Program-made: the position numbers and the translations under genes
Notes under the pieces: model-generated
What the model saw: only the letters and a program-made list of their open reading frames with translations
What the model was told of the DNA's origin: nothing
Databases searched by the model: none
Shown: piece after piece, positions 25,825 through 41,062 of the stretch
Position numbering within the stretch: the stretch's first letter is position 1
Layout of the letters: each line of letters starts with the position of its first letter
Assembly: GCF_009914755.1 (NCBI RefSeq)
Contig: NC_060944.1
Length of the DNA: 64,000 nt
Strand: one strand, 5' to 3'
Source: the human T2T-CHM13v2.0 reference genome, Homo sapiens

Positions 25825-25995
25825 GAAGCCATCTCCAAAACATGATAGTGCAAGGTGATGCAGCAAGTATTGACGGAGAAGCTGCAGCAAGTTATTCAGA
25901 AGCTCTAGCTAAGATCATTAATGAAGGTGGCAACACTAAACAGCAGATTTTCCATGTAAATCAAACAACCTTATAGTGGAAGAAGATGCCACTGA
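25825..25995 (+). mobile_element. Tigger1 transposase fragment
   Basis: GTGCAAGGTGATGCAGCAAG...GAAGCTGCAGCAAGTTATTCAGAAG...CTAGCTAAGATCATTAATGAAGGTGG...GGAAGAAGATGCCA. Confidence 0.85.
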
Positions 25996-27578
25996 GAACT
26001 CATTACAGAACTATTGTGTTCCTTTGAAGGTGTCAGTGTTTCCATGCTTTTCCATGTTCCCTGTGTCCTTGCATTGGTATCTGCACATCTGGTGTAACTG
26101 GTATGATTTGGCTGCATCCCCAGCCAAATCTCATCTTGAACTGTAGCTCCCATAATCCCCACATGTTGTGGGAAGGACCTGGTGGGAGGTAACTGAATCA
26201 TGAGGGCAGATTTTCCCGTTTTGTTCTCGTGATAGAGAATAAGTCTCACAAGATCTGATGGTTTTACAAAGGGCAGTTCCCCTGCACATGCTCTCTTGCC
26301 TGCTGCCATGTAAGACCTGCTTTTGCTCCTCCTTCACCTTCCACCATGATTGTGAGGCCTCCCTAGCCAAGTGGAGTTGCAAGTCCATTAATCTCTTTTT
26401 ATTTATAAATTCCTAAGTCTCAGGGTATTTTTACATAGCAGTATGAAAATGGACTAATATGCTGTCACTTCTTTCAATTTGATATTATAGCTTCCATGGG
26501 GAAAGTCTCTCTTTTGGATGAACCTATAATGTTGATTTGGTAAGGTGCTTTGCTTTGGTACTGGTTGGGCCCCACAGTATAGTCTCCTTATGATTACTTT
26601 GGTTGTACTCATTGTTAACAGTGTCTGCAAGTTCCTTAGTAGCTTAGGCTTCTATTGTTTATGGAGGCCGTGGTGAGTCTTTTCAGGGGACAGGGTTGCA
26701 GAGCAGGCCAGTTTTCAGTCCCCAGGTAGGGAGTTTGGGTACAGGTGGTAGTGGTGGTGGTGGTGGTGGTGGTTGCAGGCCAGGTGTTACAGTCCTGGGG
26801 TCCCTGGAAGGCAGCATGCATGGGCTCCAGCAGTGTCCTTGGTGGAGCAGGCAGGCTGGCTCCCTGGTCCCTGGCTGTAGGTAACGAGTGAGTAGTGGCC
26901 CAGCTGCTGGAGGTGATGGGGTAGCTGCTGTAGTGGTAACAGTGGATGGGCTGCTCTCAGGCTGGGGAGCACACACTTTGTTCCCTGTGTCCTGGGGGCA
27001 CCTCCCTGATATGCTAAACCACTTGCTTACTGGCACATAGGCAACAGCATGGGCTCTGCTGCCAATATCTGGACAGTACCACTGGGTCCAGCCAGCGGCG
27101 CTCTGCAGCCCTAAGAGTGGAGGTAGAGAGTGTTGTGAGGCCCCAGGGATGTGGAAAGCAGGGGCTTTTGGGCCCCAAGGCAGGATGTAGTTCACTGTTG
27201 GATCTGCTGTCAAAATAACGCTGTGTTGCTCTCTCTGGAGCAATGCAGTCACGTGGACTCCCGACATCCCACTATACTGGGCTCAGGGTCCCTGGCACCC
27301 AGGGAATTTCCTGCAGCTAGGACTGTGGGAATCTGCAGCAGGAATGTGCACTGCTGAGGATCTTTCACTTACCCCTCCCATGAAATAGGGAGCCTCTTCC
27401 TTCCCAAATCAATCTGGTCAGCTGCCTCACTGGGTCTGAAAGCCACAGAAATGTCCCTTACCTACTGGATTCCAGCATTCTCTCGAAATGTCCTACTGGA
27501 TGTACCTTTGTCTACTTACTGTTTTAGTCTCTCTTTGTGCAGGAGTCAAGCACTGAGAGCCTCTGTTTCACCATCTTG
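25996..27578 (-). mobile_element. L1M1/M2-type 5' UTR and ORF1 start, interrupted by THE1
   Basis: GAACTATTGTGTTCCTTTGAAGGTGTC; GC-rich UTR; terminal CCATCTTG (YY1 box). Confidence 0.7.
26099..26461 (+). mobile_element. THE1C-like solo LTR
   Basis: TGGTATGATTTGGCTG...CAAATCTCATCTTGAACTGTAGCTCCCATAATCCCC...GAAAATGGACTAAT. Confidence 0.9.
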
Positions 27579-28701
27579 ATGATGTCTTGCAATTTAGCAA
27601 TTTTATTGATCTTTTCAAGGAAACAGTTTTTGTTTCTGTTAATATTCTCTATTGGTTTCCTATTTTCTATTTCATCACTTTCTGCTCCAATTTTTGTTAT
27701 TTATTTTCTTCTGTTTGCTTTAGGTTTATATTACTCTTCTTTCTCTACTATCCTTAGACGGAAGCCTAGATTATTGATTTTAGACCTTTCTTTTTTTCAA
27801 TATATGCATTCAAGATAAATGAATTTCCACCTAAATTTCCACCTAAGCACTGCCCCCCCCTTTTTTTTTTTTTTTTTGTATGACACTCACTCGGGTAAGT
27901 TGTATTTTTATTTTCATTTAGTTCAACATATATATTTCCCTTGAGACCCTTCTTTGACCCATGTGTTGTTTAGTAGTTACTTATTCTCCAACTATTTGCA
28001 GTTTTCCAGCTATCTTTTTGTTGATACATAATTTAATTCCATTGTTGTCTTAGGGTATGTTTGGTATGATTTCCATTAAAGAAAATTGTTTTGATGTGGC
28101 TCATGGCCTTGAATGTGATCTGTTTTGGTGAAGCCTTCCAGTTCGTTGGAGAAGAATGTGTATTCTGCTGTAGTTGGAAGAAGTTATCCATAAACGCCAA
28201 TTTGATTCAGTTGTTGTTGATGCTGCTCAGTTCAACTATGCCCGTACTGATTTTCTACCTGACCTGTCCATTACTGATGGGGGATGTTGAAGTCTCCAAC
28301 CATAATAGTAGAAGTTATCAGTTTCTCCTAGCATCTCTATCAGGGCTTATCTCACATACTTTGATGTTCTGTTGTTAGGGACATGTACATGAAAGATTAT
28401 TATATCTTGGAAAATTAACTACTTTATTATTATCTAATGCCCCTCATTATTCCTGATAATTTTCCTGGCTCTGAATTCTGCTTTGTCCAAAATCAATATA
28501 GCTACCCCAACTTTCTTTTGATTAGTGTTAACATGGTGTGCCTCTCTTCAGTTCTTTATTTTTAATTTCTATACATCTTTCCAGTTAGAGTGGGTTTCTT
28601 GTAGACAACATAGAGTTGGGTCTTGTTATCTATCCATTCTGAGAGTCTTCATTTGGTATATTTAGACCATCTTCATTTTAAGTGATTACTGATGTAGTTG
28701 A

Positions 28702-29045
<344 letters not shown>

Positions 29046-30349
29046 TATTTTTGCTTTTTTTAAAATCTTCCCCTTTTTTTCTGCCTTCTCCAGTTTTAAT
29101 GAAACATTTTACATGATTCCATTTTATCTTCTCTGTTCGTATATTAATTATCCTCTTAAAAAATTAGTAGTTTCCTTACAGTTTAGAACATTTGTTTATA
29201 ACTTATCTAAGTCAATTTTCAAATAACATTGTTTTGCTTCATGGGTAAGCTGTAATCACCTACTTCATTGCTGCTGTTATTACTTTGAATGGTTATCTAT
29301 TAAATCAATTAAGAATAAGAAAAATAAAGCCTTTATTTTACCTTAATTTCTGTCTTTTTTAATATTCTTACTTTTTGTTGATTTAAGTTTCTGACCTATA
29401 TAATTTTTCTTCTTCCTGAAAAACTTCTTTTAACATTTTTTTGAAAGATAGATCTAGTTGTCACAAATTCTCCGTTTTTGCTCTTCTGAGAAAATATTTC
29501 TCTTTCACTTTTGAAGGGTAATTTCACTAGATACGGTATTCTGAGTTGGTGTTTTTCTTTTCTTTTCTTTCTTTCAATACTTTTAATATTTTATGCCACT
29601 CTCCTCTTTGGTTTCTGATGAGAAGTCTAATGTGTGTTGCATCCTTGTTCCTCTATAGATAAGGTAATTTTTTTTTTCTCTGACTTCTTTTGAAGAATGT
29701 TCTGTCTTTGGCTTTCTGAAGTTTGAATATGATATGCCCAGGTCTACCTATTTGGTATTCATCCTTCTTGACGCTCCCTAGCTAAATGGAAATGTGATTT
29801 GTTATCTGTCATTAATTTTGGAAAATCCTAGCCATTTCTATGTATATATGCATATACACATATCTATAACGGTATATACATATACTATTAAATATTTCAT
29901 CTCTTTCTCTCTTTCTTGTCTTTCTAGTATTCTCATTACACTTAAGTTACCTCTTTTGTAATTGATCCACATTATTGGATATGCTGTTTCAGTTTTTGTT
30001 GTTTATTTTCATTTTTGTGCTATCTTTGTTTTTCAGTTTAGCTAGTTTCTACTGAAATATCTTCAAGTTCATTGTAGTCTTGGATGTGTCAAGTGTAGAG
30101 AAGAGCCTATCAAAGCCATTATTCATTTCTGTTATGGTGTTTCTGATTTTTATCATGAAAAGGATTTCATTATTTTCTCAGTTTCCATCTCTGTTTATAT
30201 TACCATCTGTTCTTGCATTTCGTCTGCTTTTTCCATAGTTATTTTAAACTCTGTATCCAATAAAATTTCAAAATCTGTGTCATATATGAAATTGGTTTTG
30301 ATGCTTCCATGGTCTTTTCAGATTCTGGGCTTTTTTTTTTTTCTTTTAA

Positions 30350-30735
<386 letters not shown>

Positions 30736-31624
30736 TGAAATAATCAGTATTTTAGTGTAAGGCTTTATGTTAATCTGGCCAGGAGCTGATGTTTTTGCTG
30801 ACTGTAAGTGCCATGGTCTTCCATTTCCTCCAATTTCCTAATTATTTTCCCTTTTCTGTTGTTTTTTGATTTCCGCAAGAACACCGTCTTAAATTGAGTC
30901 TTTGTCTTGATACTCTTTCAGCTGCAGAACACTATTATGATGCTGAAGACCTATTGATGTGGTGGTGAGATGTTGGGAAAGGAAGCATTCTATGTTAAGA
31001 ATAAATCTTTTATTTTTTAGTAGGCCTGAATCACTAGGCTGTGATATTCTAAAGTATTTTGTAGCCTTTTAAAATTCTCGCCTTTCATGACATAGGGAGG
31101 TGAAAATGGCCTAGAGTTATTGGTCCTTCCCTTAATTCAGATGATAGTCTGGAAATGCAGTTTTTCTTGAGGGAAGGCCTTCATGTGGTGCTCTGGGAGT
31201 ATTTCAAAATGGTGACATTCCCCTCTGTCTGAAGCATGACAAAGATTTTTGTAATCTTCACCTATGAACAGGGTTCTTAAAGTTAAAACATGAAAGGTGG
31301 AGGCCCTAGTAAGACTGGTCTCTGAAGACTTAATAATTCTCAAGCTGATCCACATTCAATCTCCATCAGTTTGTCAATTGTCTTTGAAGTGTTCCTGCCA
31401 ATTACTGTATCTGTAGCTCTGCTCCTATTAAGTTGTTGGTCTCTGTATTCACCTGTCTCTGCAAGTTTTTGGGTGGCAGTTTGTCTTGTGATCTCAAATA
31501 TTTGATATAGTAAGAAAAGTTGTTGATTTTCAGTTTTTTCAGCAATTTTTTTTTATTGTAAGGAGAATGGAAGTGATAACTTGCAAGTTCTTTTTTGTTG
31601 TTGTTGGAACTGAAACTGTAGTTG

Positions 31625-32210
31625 CTTTTTCATTCTCTTACATATGTCTCTGATAAACAGATGCTTCTGATTTTAATGTAATTTAGTCCATCAACCTTTT
31701 TCCTTGTGGGTAGTACTTTTGTCGGTTCTGTTTAATTTCATGAAGATATTATGCCCTGTTCTATTTTATAGCAAACCTCTTGATTTTACCTTTCATATTC
31801 ATATCTATAATTCTCTTCAAATAACATCTGTAAATGGAATAAGGTAGGGATGGAAGATATACTTTTATTTCTATACAGATGTCCAATGTCCCATCTTGAT
31901 TTATTGGAAAAAAAAAGACTGTCCACTCTACTCTGCTTTGTTACTTTTGTCCTTACATCTGTGTGTTTGTTTATGGACTCTCTATTCCATTGTTCTGTTT
32001 GTCTACTTTTGAGTTGATAGCATGTTTTCAATAACTAGCTTTAGAGTAAGTCCATAAATATGACAGTATAAATTCTCTATCTTTGTTATCCTTTCCAGGA
32101 TTATCTTGAGTATTTTAGATCCTTTGGATATCTCCATAGATTGTACAATTAGCTTGTAAATTTATCCAAAAGATACCTGCTCAAATTTTGATTGGAATTG
32201 GGAGAACATT
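31625..32210 (-). mobile_element. L1ME ORF2 fragment
   Basis: CAGATGTCCAATGTCCC...TGGACTCTCTATTCCATTG...ATTTTGATTGGAATTG. Confidence 0.7.
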
Positions 32211-32295
32211 ATATAGAAATCCTACTCTACATTCTTAAGGATTAGCAAGGACATTGCACTATGCAAAGGTGAAATTCAAACTGTTTAAATTTCCA

Positions 32296-32952
32296 GGGTT
32301 TTTATGTTTTGAGGTCTTACATTTACGTCTTTAATCCATATTGAATTAATTTTTGTATACGACATAAGGAAGGGGTCATCAAAGATCTAAAGACAGAATA
32401 CCATTTGACCCAGCAATTCCATTACTGGGTGTATACTCAAAGGTATATAAATCATTCTATGATAAAAACACATGCATAAATATGTTCATTGCAACAGTAT
32501 TCATAATAGTAAAGACATGGAATCAACCTAAATGCCTCTCAGTGATAGACTGAATAAACAAAATATGATACATATACATCATGGAATACTATGCAGCCAT
32601 AAAAAAGAATGAGATCATGTCCTTTGCAGGGACATGGATGGAGCTGGAGGCTACTATTCTTAGTAAACTAACACAGGAACAGAAAACCATATACTGCATG
32701 TTCTCACTTACAAGTGGGAGCTAAATGATGAGAACACATGGACACATAGAGGAGAACAACACACACTGGGGCCTATCAGAGGGTAGAGGATGGAAGCAGG
32801 GAGAGGATCAGGAAAAACAACCAATGGGTACTATGCTTAATACCTGGATGATAAAATAATCTGTATAACAAACCCCCATGACACACATTTACCTGTGGAA
32901 CAGACCTGCACATCTTGCACATGTACTTCTGAACTTAAAATAAATGTTTAAA
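32296..32952 (+). mobile_element. L1PA15/16-like 3' end with a 5' inversion
   Basis: Antisense ORF2 piece at 32296-32378 joined to sense sequence 32379-32952 ending GAACTTAAAATAAATG; approximate TSD AAACTGTTTAAATTT/AAATTGTTAAATTT. Confidence 0.85.
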
Positions 32953-32999
32953 AATTGTTAAATTTAAACCATCCATTCATACATAAAATGCTGTGTTAG

Positions 33000-34200
33000 A
33001 TATTACAGAAATCAAACCAATAGAGTACAAGGTAAACTTAAGAAACTAAAAGACAAAAGGGTAAAACATAGTAAGGTAAAAAAATTAGATGTGTGAGGAT
33101 GGATCCAAGAGTTAAAAAAATACATAGAAATTTCTGATCGAAAATCTGAGCTGATTGAAAAGTATTATGGAATAAAAGAAACAGAGGAAGACAGGCTTTT
33201 TGAAACCACTTGAGAAACTAAGTAGAAAATATATAACCCTATAAGGGATTTAGAAAAATGAAATAGGGTTACTTTTGTGAAATAATACCAAATTCTACCC
33301 CATCCTTTGTAAGAATCCATGGAATATCTTTTAAAACACTCATAGATTCAAAGCAAATTTCAAGAGATCCCCAACAATCAGCATCCTATAGGCTACCTTT
33401 ACTAGTCACAATCCAGTATAACTTAAGTAAAAACCACATACATATATATATGTATATACATATATGTACATATGTGTATGTATGTGTATATATATATACA
33501 CAAAATATATAACCATAAAGAAAAAAATTATTCTCAACAATTTTTGGGTTGAAGAATAAAGAAGTAATGTCATAATCAACTATAGGAAGATAATAATGAG
33601 AATAATATATATTAAAATATTTAAAGGAGTAAAAACTGTGATCCTAGAAAAATTTATAACCTTAAACATTTGTATTACTATGCAAGTAAAAGATACAATA
33701 AATAAGTTAACAACAAAGAGACCAAGAAAAAAACAGAAAGAAGTAATGGTGAAATATAAAATTAGACAGCAGTACTGGGATACTTGTGTTAAAAATTATT
33801 GAATACATTATAAAAAGAGATGAAAGCAAAGAAAAATGATTAGGTGTACAAAAATAGATAAAATAACTTTTAAATAGGTTATAAAACAATTTAATACAGT
33901 ATAAAAATCATGATTACCTATAAATCTCTATATAAAGAAATGTAAGATTATCCATATAAAGATTTTTCTTAAATGATTTCTCTCTAGAACTAAAATAAAT
34001 GACTTAAAGCATTAGAACACTTAATGAACATTTATAAAATATATTAAAGTTATCATACTTCAACCATTCTGCAGAATCACATGATTTGGGTTGCATTTTA
34101 AAATCTTTCATCACATAATTTATATAATATTCCCTAAATCATAGATAAGAGAGAAAATATTTGTTTTGGAAATTAATCAGGTTAGTAAGTCACTCCAACT
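33000..34200 (+). mobile_element. Highly degraded L1ME with an internal (TA)n at ~33436-33510
   Basis: A-rich; AAACTGTGATCCTAGAAAAATTTATAACCTTAAAC resembles ORF2. Confidence 0.5.
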
Positions 34201-34789
34201 TAAGTGTACTATGATGTCTCAGACAAAATATTATCTATGAAATATTAAAAATGTTTAATTATAAACTTGGAAGGTAGAGTATAGAAGGTGATATTCAGAA
34301 TAGGGTATCTTGTGTTTCTAATTCAGAGGATATGTAATGTCAAATATTAAACATTGGCAGAACTTCGGGATTTTAAGCAAAACTGGTTGCATAGATTGTG
34401 TTAAATCATTAAATTTAGAAGATAATCAATTACCTTTATTTCCTTGCCATCAAGCCTGTTCTCACTGATCTTTCTGAGTTTGGCTTTCTGTAATCTGAGT
34501 GTTCTTTGGTTTCTTCTTGAGTATGGTTAGTTAAATAATTGACCAAATAATCATTCAGGTAACATAATGTTTAAAAAAAAATATGTTGTAAGTTAGGAGT
34601 CATCAATCACATTGATTTGGATTAGAACTTCCAAGGACTGTTTCCCTGGTGTCACTGAGGAGTGTATGCTCGTCCTTCATGACATTGGCTCTGCAAGGAC
34701 TGATGTTTCATCTCCTTAACTCTTGTTTCAGGTTCTTACTCATCAAAACCACATATAGATGATGCCCCAGGTCCAGTGTACTCCATGAA

Positions 34790-35810
34790 TGGCAGATCAA
34801 GGCTTAGTGGGAATTGAATCATATAATTTTACTATTCCTCTTGAAGAAAAACAAAGTATAAAATTATAAACTTAGGCACAAGAGTAAACATTTATTCACA
34901 GAAATAGAAGAAATATTGAACGATAATTGCAGAAAGCTGAAAAATTCCAGAAATATTCCAGATAACCTTTGGCTTGTATTAAATCAGTTTTCCCAGGAAC
35001 AAACTCCAACATTCATTTTTTTTTTTTTCCTATAAGTTACTTAAATAAAGAAATCCTCCTAGGGGAGAGAAGAAAGCCAAGGACGCCTGGGATATCAGAC
35101 AAAGTCCCCAGAGGATAGCCATCTTGATCTCAGCAGCGTCTTGGCCAGGTACAGGGGGAGCTAAATTTTCATACTACTGCAGGCCAGTCAGAAACTGGCT
35201 GTATACCCAGCCAAGGCATGTCTGGCTCCCCATACCAAAGGAGGCAGTGTATAAAATGGTAAAATGGGATCTGAAGAGGTCAAGGGACACACTAACATGG
35301 TCTGCTACTGGATTCCCTATGTTGTAAACATTGTTTCTCCTTCATTACCCAAATGATTTTTGTGCCAGGTGTCATTATATTGCAAGAATGCTCTCTTCTG
35401 TGCACCAGATGAGATGGCACAGTAGTAGGGAGAGAAGTTCCTTGAAGCCATTCACAAACTTTGGAGACTTAGCAATGCTTTAACCACACATGGAAATGGC
35501 TGTAAACAAATAAATATATTCCCCTAATTAAATGCATTCCCATTAGTACTTCTACTTAGCAGAGATTCCCAAGAGGAAGCCACTTCAAATCTGCCCTACA
35601 CAAGGGGAAATGTGATGAAAAGGAAGTCAGAATAAAAAACGATGGTAGACAATAGATTTTAGTTCAAACACCCAAATTCTACAGATGTAACGAAAGCATA
35701 TGATCATGTGAATGCTTTTCTGGGATCCTTCTCAGATTCTTGGAGAGGTCCATGAACGTGAGGGGTCCTTAGGCCTATGGTTTATTTGTTTCATCATAAA
35801 TCTACATATG
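34790..35810 (+). mobile_element. Zaphod/MER115-like hAT-Tip100 relic, probably with an old LTR insert at ~34975-35310
   Basis: End GGAGAGGTCCATGAACGTGAGGGGTCC...TTCATCATAAATCTAC resembles the Zaphod terminus. Confidence 0.5.
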
Positions 35811-37349
35811 ATTCCATGCTATTTGTTTTCTGGGCCCTCTGGGAATTTTTTTTTAACTTAAAATGGACACAAAAGAGATTTATTTGCCTGGCACAATATT
35901 AATGAGAAAGCAATGTAATAAGAATGATCACATTTCAACACAAGACTCAGTTCTCTTCCCTCCAATGGACTACTTCATGAAGTTCCTTCTGTTCCCTTGT
36001 AACTGACTTAGCCAAAATTATCAAGGGATCTTACTTTACTTGTTGGCTTCTTTCAACTCAACTTTGCAGTCAGACATATACTAATTTCAGATTTTTCTGA
36101 TCTGAAGTTGAAGGCTCATTGTTAGTTTAATTTCTCATGTGATTATATCATAACCTCAGCTCTCTTCTGATGAAGATGGGTCTCATGAATCTGTGCAATG
36201 TGATGTACTCATACTCATTTTTGTGTGTATCCCCATGTGTAAGATAAGAATTGAGATTACTGGGGTCACAGGAACTGGATGACATGTTCATTGCACACTA
36301 TGACCACAGCCTAATGTCTGAGTCTCTGACTTCCTATCCAATCATTAGGCCTGGACCATCACTGATGTGGATGATATGGATGTGGCAGGGAGCCCCCCAC
36401 TGAGTGAGTTTAGCAATGTGATATAATCTACTCTCAGGGTTTGGGAGCAACAAAGTTGAGGTTTCCCTGTGTGTATTCCTCATAGTAAGCAGTCTTTGTA
36501 ATGCCTATATGAAGTGTGAGCAACTGTAACATCTAATTCACCCAGATAGCAACTCTTGATTTTTAATTTTCTGGAAATAATGGAGATATCCAGTCTTTAT
36601 GGATGGTGAGGATTTTCAGGGTCTGGGGTAGTAGAATAAATTTCTATGACTTCTCCCTGTTGGCTCCATGGACAGCTTTCAGATTTTCAATGACGTCTGT
36701 TTCCTTGCCAGCCAGCAAGCACGTATAGGTGAGGACTGTGTTATCTTTACATCCCTAGACCTTAGTATACTGTCCAGTACCTAATATTAGCTAAAAAAAA
36801 GTTTGTTACTACTGATTCTGTTCTAGCAATATTCTTATTAGACTAAATATTCCCATAGGTCAGAGGTTGTATTTCAAACATTTCCTTCCCGAGATTACCT
36901 GACTGACACATGATAAGCTTCTAAGATATTTGCTCATTTGAATCAATGTATTCAAATTACATTAGTATTAAATGGATCAACACAGTCACAGAGCAGATAA
37001 TTGGTTTTCCTTCTAATGTTTCTCTTCTTCCTATAACCTGGGTCAACAGAATATAAATATAGTCATATGTTAATAAATTTTAAAGAAAACTTAATTTGTC
37101 TGTGGTCTACATGTTCTTAAAGAACATTGAGCACCAAAAGTTCTTTAAAAAAAATGACAAAGGGAAGACAGGGACTTCTTAAAGTAAAATAGTTTGCCCC
37201 ATTCCTTGATTTTTGAAACAATGTAATTGAATGCAGTTGTATAACACAATTCACATTTCAGAACTGAGATGTTCTTACTTGCCAAGTGGCACTTGCTGAC
37301 TTCCCATTCACTCTTTATTCTATTATGCACTTACTATTGGTTTTAGAGT

Positions 37350-37740
37350 AATTTCTTTGTGAATGAAATTGTCCAATCTCAATTTCCAACATGGCTTGCT
37401 CCATTTTAACATTCAGCGCCCTGTTCTCCTAACACACCTCGATCATTCATTGAACCTTGCCTTTCTACACTCCTTTAGATGGCTTTATGAAGATGAGTAT
37501 ACAAGTTAAATATTAGTCATACTTCAGGACTCAATTCATTTGCATTCTCTAGAAAACCTTCCGTGATTCTTTAATGATGCAAACACAATGCCACACTCAT
37601 TCTTTGATTGTTTTTCATGTCTCTAGAAGTCGAGCTTCTTGAAGCCAAGGCTGCATTTTATTTGCTCTGTCTTCTGCACTCAGTACAATGATGGATGCAA
37701 AGTAAGATCTCAAAATGTTTAGAGACTGACTGATGGGCTA
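37350..37740 (-). mobile_element. L2 3' fragment
   Basis: GAGCTTCTTGAAGCCAAGG...TTTTATTTGCTCTGTC...CAGTACAATG. Confidence 0.6.
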
Positions 37741-37745
37741 ACTCT

Positions 37746-37830
37746 GTGGTTCTCAGCTGAAAGTGATCTTATGCTCCTATTCATGAGACATTTGACAGCA
37801 TCTAAATACATTTTTGATTGTTTAAACAGA
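37746..37830 (+). mobile_element. MER20 fragment
   Basis: GTGGTTCTCAGCTG...GACATTTGACAGCATCTAAATACATTTTTGATTGT. Confidence 0.6.
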
Positions 37831-38026
37831 GAGCTGTGGAAGCCGAGAAACCTTCAACTAATGGAATGAATACTACCTCCACTTTATCTTCATAGACTAA
37901 GACAAAATGTCAAATGTAGTTTTAATACATAGAGCTCAAGGTTACAATTTGCCTCCCCATCATTTTTTGTTGTTGTTGTTTCTGAACTTTTCGGTTTATT
38001 TTTCAAGGAAAAAAAAAACAACATAG

Positions 38027-38858
<832 letters not shown>

Positions 38859-39337
38859 GTTTCAGCTAGTAAGAAGACAAATGCAAAGCTTGTTTTCTTG
38901 AATTAATAAAAATGTAATGCCTTCCAACTAAGTTTTCGGGTTAGAATTGTGAATACAGAAGTGCACCTAATGTAGTCAAAATTAGCTACCAATTTCAAGT
39001 CACATTACTGAATAAATTAGATTCCAGTGTTTGTCTATGTACATGTTGTTATTAATTACCCAGTAGTATTCCCCAACCAGCGTTTCAGAAATAATTGAAT
39101 TTTTAAAAAATATCCTTAGAACACAAAGAAGTGTTCTTTCAAAGAACATGCAAACATGCAAACAAACAAAAAGCAAAAACAAAACCCCCCAAACTCAAGA
39201 GATTTTACTTAGGATTATAAGGAAATACATACCAATTTTGTAACCAACAACAGTGGCCACAAATATAGACTCTAGCACAGCAAACATAAAGAGTGTCTGC
39301 TCATGTGTATGTGTGTATGTTGATCTTCTGCAGCTCA

Positions 39338-39400
39338 CAGATAGATAGATAGATAAGAGAGATAGATGATAGATAAGAGAGACAGATGATAGGTAAATGA
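39338..39400. repeat. (GATA)n-type microsatellite
   Basis: Seen directly in the sequence. Confidence 0.85.
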
Positions 39401-40194
39401 GAGAGAAAAAGTGACAGGTAGCAGGAGATTAATATAAATAAAACATATATGTGTACATATAAATAAGTATTCTGGAGAGTACACACACCCACACACATGC
39501 ACATATACACACAACCCATAAGCACACACACATGACATATAGAGCCTATTCTCTTGGTCATTAAGCTAGCATACACTCATTGTCAAAATTTTAAAAGGCA
39601 CTGAAAGAATAGAATGCAAAAGAAAATAAAAAACACTGGCATATGAAATTAAGCACTAGGCAAAAAAAGTTGTCCATTTATTATATTTCTGCAGTACAAT
39701 GAGGGAAAACACAGATGCATCTATGTTTAGGAATCAATTTCTATGCATTCTCCAGAAAACCTTCCTTGATTCTTTAGTGAAGTAAACTCAATGCCAGAAA
39801 TTGAGGAACTGAGTCCTGAAGTGTTATTAGAAACATTCTCTACATAGAATTTATTATCCTGCCTTTTTTACTGAATATATAGTAAGTACAAGTTGACAAT
39901 CCATTAAATTTTCTTTTAACGTGATTTTAAATGAACACATAAATTCAACACATTGAAGGTTTAGGGTTTTTTCATTTTTTATCATTGCAAACAGCACTAT
40001 CATTACCATTGTATGTAACATTTCTTCATATTTAAATTTGTTTTGAAAGTAAAATTATCCTGAGGATTTTTATCCTGATTGTTTTTGAATGCCTTATATT
40101 GTATACATTATACCAATTCACAAAACTATTTTAAAAGTAGCATTTAATTAACACGTAATATTTCACAATATGAATGTGTCAAAATTTATATTAA

Positions 40195-41062
40195 TATTTT
40201 TATTTTTTATTGATAGATCATAATTGTACATATTTGGGGGTAACATGATATTTTGATACATACATACAATATGTAATGATCAAATCTGGGCAACTGGAAT
40301 ACCCATCATGTCAAACATTTATCTTTTTTTGTTTGTCTATTTTGAGACCATTACAATTCTTCTCTTCTAGCTATTTCAAAATATACAATAAATGATGTTA
40401 ACTATGATTTTCCTACTATGCTTTTGAATACTAGACCTTATTCCTTCCATCTAACTGTGTTTTTGTACCCATTTACCAACTTCTCTTCATTCCCTGCACC
40501 CTCCCTTCCTGGCCTCTAGTAATCACCATCCTACTTGCTACCTTTTTAGCTCCCAAATATGAGTAAGAACATGCAGTGTTTTGTCTGGTTTATTGCACTT
40601 AACATAATGGCATCCAGTTTCATCCACGTTGCTGTAAATGACAATTCATTCTTTCTTGTGGCTGAATAACACTCCACTGTGTACATATACCACATTTTCT
40701 TTATCCATTCTTAAGTCGATGGTATCTTGGTTATTGTGAATAGTACTTCAATAAACATGGGAGTGTAGATATATCTTCAGTATACTGATTTCCCTTCTTT
40801 TGGACATATACACAGCAGTGAGATTGCTGGATCATATAGTAGTTCTAGTTTTAGTTTTTTAGGGACCTCCATTACTGTTGTCCATAATGGCTATTCTACT
40901 TTACCTTCCCATCAGCAGTGAATAAGCATTCCCCTATCTGTGCATCCTCACAAGCATTTGTTACTTTTTGTCTTTTTGATAATAGCCATTCTAAGTGGGG
41001 TAAGATGATATTTCACTGTGGTTTTGATTTGCATTCCTCTGATGATTAGTGGTGTTGAGCAC
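40195..41062 (-). mobile_element. L1MA-type 3' end
   Basis: ATAATTGTACATATTTGGGGGTAACATG...GAGATTGCTGGATCATAT...GATGATTAGTGGTGTTGAGCA. Confidence 0.9.

Noticed and set aside
26683-27267. Longest ORF (194 aa, with a poly-Pro run)
   Set aside because: It lies in a GC-rich decayed L1 5' UTR; the poly-Pro comes from a (GGT)n tract and there is no recognisable domain.
34712-34770. Strong-looking splice acceptor CTCCTTAACTCTTGTTTCAG|G
   Set aside because: There is no good downstream donor or supporting ORF; isolated acceptors are common.
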